From: Actinomycetes bacterium | GTDB taxonomy: Bacteria; Actinomycetota; Actinomycetes; JBOGEN01 | Direction of reading: 5' to 3' | Assembly (NCBI GenBank): GCA_050743265.1 | Contig: JBOGEN010000069.1 | Location: forward strand, 1,987-65,986 | Length of the DNA: 64,000 bases | In this document: positions 46,173 to 54,424 of the stretch, piece by piece | Layout of the letters: each line of letters starts with the position of its first letter | Position numbering within the stretch: the first letter of the stretch is position 1 | Notes under the pieces: model-generated | The model's database searches: none | The model's input: the letters and a program-made list of their open reading frames with translations, nothing else | What the model was told of the DNA's origin: nothing | Translations under genes and position numbers: made by a program

Positions 46173-46550
46173 ATGGGCAAGGCCTTCCACACCGCACACC
46201 GCTGGGACCTCGACTGGCAGGACGACAGCGACGTCCTCAGCCTGGGCCACGGCGTCCAGGTGAAGGTGCTCTACCAGGACGTGGAGACCGAGCACACCGA
46301 CATGTTCATCAAGTTCCCGCCCGGCTACACCGAGCCGCGGCACAACCACGACAGCAGCCACTCGGTGCTCGTCGTGGAGGGGCTCCAGATCGCCGAGGGC
46401 GAGCCGATGCGGCCCGGCGACTACGTCTGGGCGAGCGGTGAGGAGGCGCACGGTCCCTTCGAGTACCCCGAGGGCTGCGTGGTGTTCGCGAGCTTCCGCG
46501 GGGCCTCCGCCCTGCACCGGTACCCGGGCTCCCCGGCGGGGGAGATCTGA
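46173..46550 (+). CDS. Cupin domain protein
   Basis: GGAGGA RBS; 'PPGYTEPRHNHDSSHSVLVVEG'. Confidence 0.7.
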   Translation: MGKAFHTAHRWDLDWQDDSDVLSLGHGVQVKVLYQDVETEHTDMFIKFPPGYTEPRHNHDSSHSVLVVEGLQIAEGEPMRPGDYVWASGEEAHGPFEYPEGCVVFASFRGASALHRYPGSPAGEI

Positions 46551-46594
46551 CCGCCCACGACCCGAGCAGCGCAGCGCGGTGGCCCCGCGTCGCT

Positions 46595-47806
46595 GTGGTC
46601 GGCGGGTCCATCGGCGGACTCACGGCCGCCCTCGTCCTCCGTGACCTCGGGTGCGACGTCGTCGTCCACGAGCGCTCGCCGTCGGCGCCCGAGGGGCGCG
46701 GGGTCGGGATCGTCCTGCACGACATGACGGTGCGCTACCTCGCCGAAGACGACGGGCCGACGGAAGACGGCGACCCGACAGAGCACGGCGCCCCGAGAGG
46801 CCGCCTCGACCTCGAGGCCGTGAGCACGTCCGCCCGCTACCTGCGCTACCTCGACCGCGACGGGCACGTGGTGTACGAGGGCGAGCGGAACTACCACTTC
46901 ACCGCGTACGGCACCCTCTACCGGGCTCTCCTGGCGCGACTCGACCCGGACCGGTACCACCTGGGGCACGAGGTCGTGGAGTTCGCGCAGCAGGGCGAGG
47001 AGGTCACGTACCGGCTCGCCGACGGCAGCGTCGGGACGTGCGACCTCCTGGTGTGTGCCGACGGTGTGTCCTCGCCGTCGAGGCGGCGCCTGCACCCGGA
47101 CGTCCGGCCCCGGTACGCCGGCTACGTCGGGTGGCGCGGGGTCCTCGAGGAGCGTGCCCTGTCCCGCGCGACCACCGAGGCGCTGCACGACGCGATCACG
47201 TACGCCGTCGCACCCCACAGCCACATCCTCGTCTACCCCATCCCGCACTACAACGGCTCGCGCGAGCCGGGACGCCGGCTCGTCAACGTCGTCTGGTACC
47301 GCAACGTCCGGACGGGCCAGGAGCTCGACAACCTGCTCACCGACACACGCGGGCAGCGCCGGGAGTCGTCGGTCCCGCCCGGCCTCGTCCGGGGCGAGGC
47401 CGTCGACGAGCTGCGCACCGCCGCCGCGCGGGAGTTCCCCCGCCCGATCGCGGAGGTCGTCGCGAAGGCCGAGGAGCCCTTCATCCAGGTGATCGTGGAC
47501 ATCGCGGTCCCGCGCATGGCCGTCGGGCGGGTCTGCCTCATCGGTGACGCGGCGTTCGCGGTACGCCCGCACGCCGCCGCCGCGACGGCGAAGGCTGCCG
47601 CCGACGGCTGGGCTCTTGCCGAGTCCCTCGAGAAGAGCGACGGGGACGTGCCCACCGCGCTGGGCGCGTGGGAGCCCCGCCAGCGCGCGCTCGGACACCG
47701 CCTGCTCGAGCGCACGCGCGAGATGGGCGACCGCTCGCAGGTCGCCGGGACGTGGGAGGCCGGGCACGCGTCGCTCGACTTCGGCCTGGACGGACCCGGC
47801 CGGTGA
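46595..47806 (+). CDS. FAD-dependent monooxygenase (aromatic hydroxylase family)
   Basis: The N-terminus 'VVGGSIGGLTAAL' (possibly begins slightly upstream) and 'LIGDAAFAVRPHAAAATAKAAADG'. Confidence 0.85.
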   Translation: MVGGSIGGLTAALVLRDLGCDVVVHERSPSAPEGRGVGIVLHDMTVRYLAEDDGPTEDGDPTEHGAPRGRLDLEAVSTSARYLRYLDRDGHVVYEGERNYHFTAYGTLYRALLARLDPDRYHLGHEVVEFAQQGEEVTYRLADGSVGTCDLLVCADGVSSPSRRRLHPDVRPRYAGYVGWRGVLEERALSRATTEALHDAITYAVAPHSHILVYPIPHYNGSREPGRRLVNVVWYRNVRTGQELDNLLTDTRGQRRESSVPPGLVRGEAVDELRTAAAREFPRPIAEVVAKAEEPFIQVIVDIAVPRMAVGRVCLIGDAAFAVRPHAAAATAKAAADGWALAESLEKSDGDVPTALGAWEPRQRALGHRLLERTREMGDRSQVAGTWEAGHASLDFGLDGPGR

Positions 47807-47858
47807 GCGCACCCCCGCTGTCCAGCGAGGACCGGTCCGGCCCTAGGGTTCTGCCATC

Positions 47859-48638
47859 GTGCGGCTCGAGGGCAGGACAGCAGTGGTCACCGGGGCTGGG
47901 CGCGGGATCGGCCAGCAGGTGGCCCTCGTGCTGGGCCGGGCCGGCGCCCACGTGGTGCTCGCCTCCCGCTCCCCCGACGCCCTCGTCCAGACGCGTGCCC
48001 GGATCGAGGCCGACGGCGGCACGGCGCTCGTCGTGCCGACCGACATCACCCGGCAGAGCGACGTCGCCACGCTGGCCGAGCGCGTCGAGGAGACGTACGG
48101 CGCCGCGGACGTGCTCGTGTGCAACAGCGGGGTGGGTGGGCCTTCCGCACCGCTGTGGGAGGTCGACCCCGCCGAGTGGGAGTCCACCCTGGCGGTCAAC
48201 GTCACGGGCACGTTCCTGTGCTGCCGGGCGATCCTCCCGGCCATGCTGGGCCGCCGGTCCGGGAGCGTCGTGGTGATCGGGTCGATGACCGGCAAGCGCC
48301 CGCTCATGAACCGCTCGCCGTACGCGACGAGCAAGACCGCGCTGATCGGGCTCGTCCGCACGCTCGCCCACGAGACCGGCCCGTACGGCGTACGGGTGAA
48401 CCTCGTCTCCCCCGGCCCGGTGGAGGGCGAGCGCATCGAGTGGGTGATCGGCCGGCAGGCCGAGGCGCAGGGCATCAGCCCGGAGGAGGCTCGGGAGCAG
48501 TTCACGTCCTCGTCCCCGCTGCGTCGGCTGGTGGCGGCCTCCGACGTGGCGGACGCGGTCCTCTACCTCGCGTCCGACCAGGCGGGCTCCGTGACCGGGG
48601 AGGACCTCAACGTGTCGGCCGGCACCGTCATGCACTGA
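47859..48638 (+). CDS. SDR family oxidoreductase
   Basis: 'TAVVTGAGRGIG' and 'YATSKTAL'. Confidence 0.9.
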   Translation: MRLEGRTAVVTGAGRGIGQQVALVLGRAGAHVVLASRSPDALVQTRARIEADGGTALVVPTDITRQSDVATLAERVEETYGAADVLVCNSGVGGPSAPLWEVDPAEWESTLAVNVTGTFLCCRAILPAMLGRRSGSVVVIGSMTGKRPLMNRSPYATSKTALIGLVRTLAHETGPYGVRVNLVSPGPVEGERIEWVIGRQAEAQGISPEEAREQFTSSSPLRRLVAASDVADAVLYLASDQAGSVTGEDLNVSAGTVMH

Positions 48639-48653
48639 CCAGGAGGCGACGAA

Positions 48654-49346
48654 TTGAGCAGGCTCATCGACCTGTCGCAGGACATCTACCAGGGGATGCA
48701 GGTTTACCCCGGGCACCTCAAGACGGTCGTCTTCGACCACGCGAGCCACGACGAGACGGCGCCACGGTTCGAGAGCGAGTTCTCGTTCCAGACCAAGGGG
48801 ATCATGCTCAACGACAACGGCCCCACGCACGTCGACTCGTTCAGCCATCTGGACCCGAGCCCGGACGCCCAGACGATCGACCAGATGTCGCTCGACCTGT
48901 TCTATGGCCCGGCGGTGTGCCTCGACGTCTCCGAGCACCCGCCGCGGACGGACATCACCGGTGAGCACCTGGACGCGGCGGTCGCCAAGTCCGGGCAGGA
49001 CGTACGCCCCGGCGACATCGTGCTGTTCTACACCGCGACGTACGACCGCCACCACGGCACGGCCGCGTACCTCACCGACTTCGCCGGGCTCGGGGAGTCC
49101 GGCAGCCAGTGGATCGTCGACAAGGGCATCAAGACCTTCGGCGTCGACAGCCCCACACCCGACAACCCGATCAGCAAGACCTACCCCTGCCACATGATGT
49201 GCCGCGTCCACCACAAGACCCACTACGAGAACCTGGCCCACCTCGACCAGGTGGTGAACACGCGCTTCACGTTCGTCGGGCTACCGCTCAAGACCGTCGG
49301 GGCGCACGGCGGCCCCACGCGCGCCGCCGCCCTCGTGGACGCCTGA
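48654..49346 (+). CDS. Cyclase family protein (kynurenine formamidase-like)
   Basis: AGGAGG RBS then TTG; 'NGPTHVDSFSH' and 'DIVLFYTATYD'. Confidence 0.85.
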   Translation: MSRLIDLSQDIYQGMQVYPGHLKTVVFDHASHDETAPRFESEFSFQTKGIMLNDNGPTHVDSFSHLDPSPDAQTIDQMSLDLFYGPAVCLDVSEHPPRTDITGEHLDAAVAKSGQDVRPGDIVLFYTATYDRHHGTAAYLTDFAGLGESGSQWIVDKGIKTFGVDSPTPDNPISKTYPCHMMCRVHHKTHYENLAHLDQVVNTRFTFVGLPLKTVGAHGGPTRAAALVDA

Positions 49347-49350
49347 CCGG

Positions 49351-49788
49351 CTACTCCGCGGGCGCTGCCGTGCGGGCGGGACGCTCGGCCACCTCGTCGA
49401 GCTCGGGCAGGTTCACGACGATCGGGTCCGGGTCGGACCGGACGACCACCCAGGACGTGGGCTCGGACGCGGACGCGTTGATCTCCTGATGGATGATCTC
49501 GGCGGGGATGAACACGAAGTCGCCCACGTCCGCCTCGGTGACCTGCTCGAGACGGGGGCCCCACCGGAACCGGGCGCGGCCCTCGAGCACGTACAGGATC
49601 GTCTCCTGGTCCCCGTGATGGTGGGCCCCGGTCGCCGCGCCCGGCTCCACCACGGACAGGAAGCCGCTGAGCACCCGGGCGTCCGGGTTACGGGAGTCGA
49701 AGGCGACCTCACGTCGCAGGCCGGGGGTCTGGGGGGTGTCGCCCGAGCGCTCGCCGGCGGACACGACCCGTACGCGGGGGTCACTCAT
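49351..49788 (-). CDS. Cupin domain protein
   Basis: 'GAATGAHHHGDQETILYVLEGRARF'. Confidence 0.8.
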   Translation of the reverse strand: MSDPRVRVVSAGERSGDTPQTPGLRREVAFDSRNPDARVLSGFLSVVEPGAATGAHHHGDQETILYVLEGRARFRWGPRLEQVTEADVGDFVFIPAEIIHQEINASASEPTSWVVVRSDPDPIVVNLPELDEVAERPARTAAPAE

Positions 49789-50275
49789 GCCGATCGTCCT
49801 TCCCGTGCCCGTGTAGCCGCCGGAGCACGTCCACTGCCTCGCCGAGGTCGGGCACCTGCTCCGCGTTGTCCGTCACCCACCGGTAGCGGACGACCCCGTC
49901 CTCGTCGACGAGGAACACGGAGCGCTTGGCCAGACCCTGGTGGCCCTTCCACACGTCGTACTGCACGCCGTACGCCTGGCACACCTCGCGGTTCCAGTCC
50001 GAGAGCAGCGGGAAGTCGACTCCGAGCTCCTTGGCGAACCGCTGCTGGGAGAAGATCGCGGTCACCGCGATCGCGACGACCTCACCCCCGAGTGAGCGGA
50101 TCTCCGCCGCCGACTGCCCCAACTGGGACAGCTCGGTGCTTCAATACCCGCCGAAGTCGAAGACGTAGAAGCAGACGAACACAGGTCCCCGGGCACGCAG
50201 CTCGGCCAGGTCGACCGACTCGTCGAAGGTCCGTCGCAGCGTGAAGTCAGGGGCGCGGTCGCCGACCTCCGGCAT
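49781..50275 (-). CDS. AhpE-like 1-Cys peroxiredoxin whose peroxidatic-cysteine codon is an in-frame TGA (selenocysteine candidate, or nonsense-mutated pseudogene)
   Basis: Two ORFs in the same frame are separated only by TGA (50141-50143) plus 6 codons. The protein 'MPEVGDRAPDFTLR...GPVFVCFYVFDFGGY-[TGA]-STELSQLGQSAAEIRSLGGEVVAIAV...DFPLLSDWNREVCQAYGV...RSVFLVDEDGVVRY' aligns to M. tuberculosis AhpE, with the TGA at the Cys45 position (motif xxC-S/T-TEL). The ATG forms TGATG with the EcfT stop. A 7-bp hairpin with an AGUU loop begins about 9 nt 3' of the UGA. Confidence 0.6.
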
Positions 50276-51093
50276 CAGCTCATGTTCCACTGCATCGTCG
50301 CCGGGTTGAACTGCCAGACGAGGTAGACCACGGAGAGCGCGAAGAACACCCACCCGAAGACCTTGCCCGCGGTGCTGTCCGGCACGGGGCGCATGTACGT
50401 ACGGGTCTTGTGGGCCCCGTACCCCCGGATGTCGAGTGCCATGGCCTGGGTCTGGCCGTTGCGCAGGCCGAGCACGAGCATGGCGAACGCGAGGTGCTTC
50501 ATGCGGTGCCACTTGCGCTGGACCGGGTTCATGTCCTGCCCCAGGTCGCGGATGCGCTGGGTCACCGAGATGTCCTTGCCGAGCTGCAGGAACGTCGGGA
50601 ACAGCACGAGCCCCAGCACCGGCGCGTGCACGAGCCGGTAGTCGAAGCCGCGGCCCGCGAAGTTCTGCACCATGTCGGTGGGGTGCGTCGTGAACGCGAA
50701 GGAGAGGCCCGACAACGCGATCGCGAGGAACCGGAGCGCGAGCAGCACGCCGAATCCGATCGCGGCCCAGGTGAGGTCCCCGAGCGGGGTCTGGACGGCG
50801 ACCTCGTTCGATCCTGCGGTCGCCTGTCCGCCGTAGAAGAACGGGAACACCACCATGAGGATGAGGACGAACGGCAGGATCGTCTTGCCGAACGTCCAGT
50901 AGACCCGCAGGGACACGCCGGTGAGGAACGCCGCACAGAAGAACGTGAAGGCGAACAGGCCAAGCCCGACCCACAGGTTGGTGTTGAAGATCGCGACGAA
51001 GGACGCGCCCAGGATGTAGAGCGTCTTGGAGAACGGCGACATCCGGTGGAACGGGGAGGCGGCGTCCTTATAGGCCAGATCGAGATCCTGCAC
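50275..51093 (-). CDS. ecfT: ECF transporter transmembrane (T) component (EcfT/CbiQ family)
   Basis: 'ASPFHRMSPFSKTLYILG' matches the EcfT N-terminal consensus; 5-6 transmembrane helices; start approximate. Confidence 0.8.
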   Translation of the reverse strand: MQDLDLAYKDAASPFHRMSPFSKTLYILGASFVAIFNTNLWVGLGLFAFTFFCAAFLTGVSLRVYWTFGKTILPFVLILMVVFPFFYGGQATAGSNEVAVQTPLGDLTWAAIGFGVLLALRFLAIALSGLSFAFTTHPTDMVQNFAGRGFDYRLVHAPVLGLVLFPTFLQLGKDISVTQRIRDLGQDMNPVQRKWHRMKHLAFAMLVLGLRNGQTQAMALDIRGYGAHKTRTYMRPVPDSTAGKVFGWVFFALSVVYLVWQFNPATMQWNMS

Positions 51094-52846
51094 GGATGCC
51101 CTCCTTGATCCGGTCGCGCACCTCGGCGGTGTCACGCAGAGGCTCTCCCAGCAGCTGGCGGGAGAACTCGAACACGGGGGGCGGACGCAGCTTGGCCCGC
51201 CGCAGGACGTCCGTCTCGTCGAACAGCTCCTGCGGGCCGCCGTCGAAGATCGTCCGGCCCTCGGTCATGACCACGCACCGGTCGGCGTGCTCGGCGACGA
51301 GCCGCATGTCGTGCGTGATGAACGCGACCGCCGCGCCGGCGTCCGCGAGGTTGCGCAGCAGCTCCATGAGGCGCTGCGCCTGTTGGTAGTCCTGGCCGAA
51401 CGTCGGCTCGTCCAGGACGACCACCTCGGGCTCGCCGATGACCATGCAGGCGACCGACAGGCGGCGCTTCTGCCCCTGGCTGAGCACGTACGGGCTGGCG
51501 TCGCGCCGGTCCCACAGCCGGACGCTGCGCAGGAACGCCTCCACCCGGCGCTCGCCCTCGTCCGCCGGCAGCGTGAACGCCTTGAGCCCGTGGGCGACCT
51601 CGTCGTACACCGTGTTGCGGATGAACTGCTTCTCCGGCACCTGGAAGATGAACGCCACGCGCTTGACGAGCTCGGCGAAGCGGTACTTCGTCGTGGGGAT
51701 CCCGTCGACGAGCACCTCGCCGGACGTCGGCTTGTGGATGCCGTTGAAGCACTTGGCAAGCGTGGACTTGCCCGAGCCGTTCTGGCCGACGATGGCGAGC
51801 ATCTCTCCCCGGCGTACCTCCATGCTGACCTCACGCAGCACGTCGGCACGGGACGGGTAGGAGAAGTTCAGGTCCCGCACCGCGATCACGGCTTCACGCT
51901 GGGGCGGCTCGGCGGGTGCCGTGAGGGGGGCGTCCAGCGGCTCTTGCTCGAGCGCTGCCGGCTCGGGCAGGCCGAGTGCCGAGACCGCGTCGACGAGCTC
52001 GGCCCCGTTGATCGGGGTCTGCGGGAGCTCGAGCCCGTCGCGGCGGAGCTCGAGCGCCACCTCGGCGGCCTGGGGGATCCACAGGCCCATCTGGTCCCGG
52101 ACGTCCAGCCCGTGCTTGGTCATGAAGTCGCGCGGCGACTCCGGCCCGTGCACGGTCTGCCCGTCCACCAGGAGGATCTTGTTCACCTGGTCGTAGACGG
52201 TGTCGACCTCGTGCTCCACGATCAGCACGGTCACGCCGGTGAGCTCGCGCACGCGGTTGACCGCGTCGAGCACCTCCTGCGTCCCGACCGGGTCGAGGTT
52301 CGACGTGGGCTCGTCGAGGATCAGGACCCTCGGCTGCAGCGCGAGCATGGCCGCCAGGGCCACCCGCTGCTTCTCCCCGCCGGACAGCTTGACGGTCGAC
52401 CGGTCACGGAACCCGGCGAGGCCGACGAGGTCGAGGGCGGAGTCGATGCGCCGGTGGATCTCGTCCGGGGAGAACAGGTAGTTCTCGAGGGCGAACCCGA
52501 TCTCTTCCTCGATCGTCAGCGTGACGATCTGCTCCTCGGGGTTCTGGAACAGCATGTTGACCGTGGCGAAGCGCTCGCCCCGGTCGAGCTCCCGGCGGTT
52601 GACGAGCCCCTTGGTGGCGTGGTTGACGAGGACGCGGCCCTCGTTGCGCCCGCCGAAGTAGTCCGGGTAGATGCCCACGAGGTTCAGCGCCAGCGTCGAC
52701 TTGCCCGAGCCGCTCTTGCCGAGGACGAGCATGAAGTCCCCTGGCTCGACCTCGAACGAGAGGTCGCTCAGGGCGAGTGACTCGCCGCCTCCGGTGCCCT
52801 TGAACCAGAAGCTGTAGTCCTCGACGACGATCATCGGGTCGGCCAT
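51068..52846 (-). CDS. ECF transporter fused tandem ATPase (EcfA1-EcfA2 fusion, YkoD-like)
   Basis: Two complete ABC ATPase domains, 'GKSGSGKSTL...LSGGEKQRVALA' and 'GQNGSGKSTL...LSQGQKRRLSVA'. ATG at 52846 with a GAGGAG RBS; the first ~89 residues of the ORF are spurious. Confidence 0.9.
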   Translation of the reverse strand: MADPMIVVEDYSFWFKGTGGGESLALSDLSFEVEPGDFMLVLGKSGSGKSTLALNLVGIYPDYFGGRNEGRVLVNHATKGLVNRRELDRGERFATVNMLFQNPEEQIVTLTIEEEIGFALENYLFSPDEIHRRIDSALDLVGLAGFRDRSTVKLSGGEKQRVALAAMLALQPRVLILDEPTSNLDPVGTQEVLDAVNRVRELTGVTVLIVEHEVDTVYDQVNKILLVDGQTVHGPESPRDFMTKHGLDVRDQMGLWIPQAAEVALELRRDGLELPQTPINGAELVDAVSALGLPEPAALEQEPLDAPLTAPAEPPQREAVIAVRDLNFSYPSRADVLREVSMEVRRGEMLAIVGQNGSGKSTLAKCFNGIHKPTSGEVLVDGIPTTKYRFAELVKRVAFIFQVPEKQFIRNTVYDEVAHGLKAFTLPADEGERRVEAFLRSVRLWDRRDASPYVLSQGQKRRLSVACMVIGEPEVVVLDEPTFGQDYQQAQRLMELLRNLADAGAAVAFITHDMRLVAEHADRCVVMTEGRTIFDGGPQELFDETDVLRRAKLRPPPVFEFSRQLLGEPLRDTAEVRDRIKEGIRAGSRSGL

Positions 52847-52958
52847 GGGGCTGCTCCTCGGGGGTGGGTGGTCCTGGCCGGACGACGCGGGGTGCCGACG
52901 GGGGTATCGCAGGGGGTGTGCACCCCGACGCCGCCCGACCAGGACCGGGCGCGGTCGG

Positions 52959-53663
52959 TTACGCGTGGACGACCGCGCCACCTCTCGCCGGCGGCGTGTC
53001 CACCGACGGCACACCGGCGCGCTCCAGGCCGATCCCCAGGTACCGACCGACGATGCCCCAGATGACGCCGCCGATCGCACCCACGAGGATCGAGAGCAGA
53101 CCCCAGGACGCACCCCCCGCCAGGCCGAACCCGACGACGACGAACAGCGCGACCTGGTTGGTGCCTGCCGCCACCGCGCCGGTCACGCCGAACAGCAGGT
53201 TGCGGCCGCGCCAGCGCATGGCGAGGAAGGCCAGCGCCGTGAGGATGCCCGGGAAGAGCGCGTACCAGAGCAGCAGCGGCCCGTCCGGGTCACCCATGAA
53301 CCAGCGCACGACGTGGGTGACGACGATCGCCAGGAGCAGCACGCTCGCGCGCTTGCGCAGGTACGCCCCCGCGAAGAAGAGGATCCAGGTCGTGCCGTTG
53401 TAGACGGCGTAGATGACGAAGCCGACGGCACCCGTCGCCCAGACCGTGCGCTCGAGGAAGCCCAGCGCGCCCAGGATCTCGATCGCGGCCTCGATGATGC
53501 CCAGCAGCACCGCGACCACGATGTCCATCGTGTTCATCCGGAAGTCGTCCCGCCAGCGAAAGCCGGGGGAGGCCTGCTTGGCCTGACGTGTCTCTGCCAC
53601 TGCCCGCTCCTCTGCTCGGCGATCCGGCAAGGGCTGCGGCCCGGCCAGACCGGTCTTCGTCAC
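52959..53663 (-). CDS. ECF transporter substrate-specific (S) component; substrate unknown (YkoE-like position)
   Basis: 5-6 transmembrane helices, 'FVIYAVYNGTTWILFFAGAYLRKR...'. ATGA overlap with the upstream enoyl-CoA hydratase stop suggests a start at 53663 (internal 'MNTMD' is an alternative). Confidence 0.65.
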   Translation of the reverse strand: MTKTGLAGPQPLPDRRAEERAVAETRQAKQASPGFRWRDDFRMNTMDIVVAVLLGIIEAAIEILGALGFLERTVWATGAVGFVIYAVYNGTTWILFFAGAYLRKRASVLLLAIVVTHVVRWFMGDPDGPLLLWYALFPGILTALAFLAMRWRGRNLLFGVTGAVAAGTNQVALFVVVGFGLAGGASWGLLSILVGAIGGVIWGIVGRYLGIGLERAGVPSVDTPPARGGAVVHA

Positions 53664-54424
53664 CGCGGGGCTTCGCCGTGACCTGTCTCCTTCTCACGCC
53701 CCGAGTCCGTCGTCCCCGTTTCGCGTCGTCGGGCCATCGACCCGAGGACGAGCTTGTCCAGCGCCAGGTCGTACGCCTGGGCCTCCGTGAGGCCTGCGCG
53801 CGTACGGAGGAAGGCGCCGATCTCTGCGTGGACGCGGGGAGAGCGCGCACGCAGCTCCGAGACCGTCGCGTCGACGGTCTTCTCGAGCGTGTCGTCGCTC
53901 TCGGCCACCTCCGTCAGCAGGCCGAGCTCCGCCGCCCGTCTCGCGTCCACCCGGCGCCCCGTCGCCGTGAGGTGGAAGGCCTGCTTGCGTCCCACGAGGC
54001 TCGGCAGCCACGCCAGGACGACGACGGGCGCGAGGTCGATGTCCACCTCGGGGAACCGGAACCCCGCGGACGGTGCCGCGATCGACACGTCGCAGAGCGC
54101 CGCGAGGCCTACACCGAACCCGGCCGCGTCGCCGCCGACCTCGGCGACCGTGACGAGCCGGGTCTCGCCGATCGCGCGGTTGAGGTCGATCAGGGCTCCG
54201 GTCTCCGACCGCAGGGCCGCCACGTCGTTCGCGGTCCGCTCACGTCCGAGGCAGAAGCTGGGGCCGCGTGCCCGGAGCCGAATGACGTGGGCGTCCGGGC
54301 TCGGGTGCCGCAGGCAGTCGCTGAGCGCCGTGCACATCTCGACGGTGAGCAGGTTGCCCTCGCCGCGGTCGAGGAGGACGTCGACGACCCCGTCGTCCAG
54401 CCGAACCTCGAGCCCGTCGACCAT
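53660..54424 (-). CDS. Enoyl-CoA hydratase/isomerase (crotonase) family protein
   Basis: '...GPSFCLGRERTAND...AEVGGDAAGFGVGLAALCDVSIAAPSAGFRFPEV'; ATGA overlap with the aldehyde dehydrogenase stop. Confidence 0.8.
   Translation of the reverse strand: MVDGLEVRLDDGVVDVLLDRGEGNLLTVEMCTALSDCLRHPSPDAHVIRLRARGPSFCLGRERTANDVAALRSETGALIDLNRAIGETRLVTVAEVGGDAAGFGVGLAALCDVSIAAPSAGFRFPEVDIDLAPVVVLAWLPSLVGRKQAFHLTATGRRVDARRAAELGLLTEVAESDDTLEKTVDATVSELRARSPRVHAEIGAFLRTRAGLTEAQAYDLALDKLVLGSMARRRETGTTDSGREKETGHGEAPR

Noticed and set aside
50141-50143. Alternative genetic code (UGA=Trp/Gly) explaining the in-frame TGA
   Set aside because: The organism is clearly a high-GC actinobacterium using the standard code; every other gene in the window terminates normally, many at TGA. 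The aligned residue in homologs is Cys, not Trp or Gly.
53664-53760. Expected vitamin riboswitch (TPP, preQ1, B12 or FMN) upstream of the ECF S-component
   Set aside because: No conserved riboswitch core (for example CUGAGA or ACCUGAUCUGGAUAAUGCCAGCG for TPP) could be found by eye. Instead the S gene is start/stop-overlapped with the upstream enoyl-CoA hydratase, so regulation appears to come from the GntR-controlled promoter at ~56.7 kb. A covariance-model scan would still be worthwhile.
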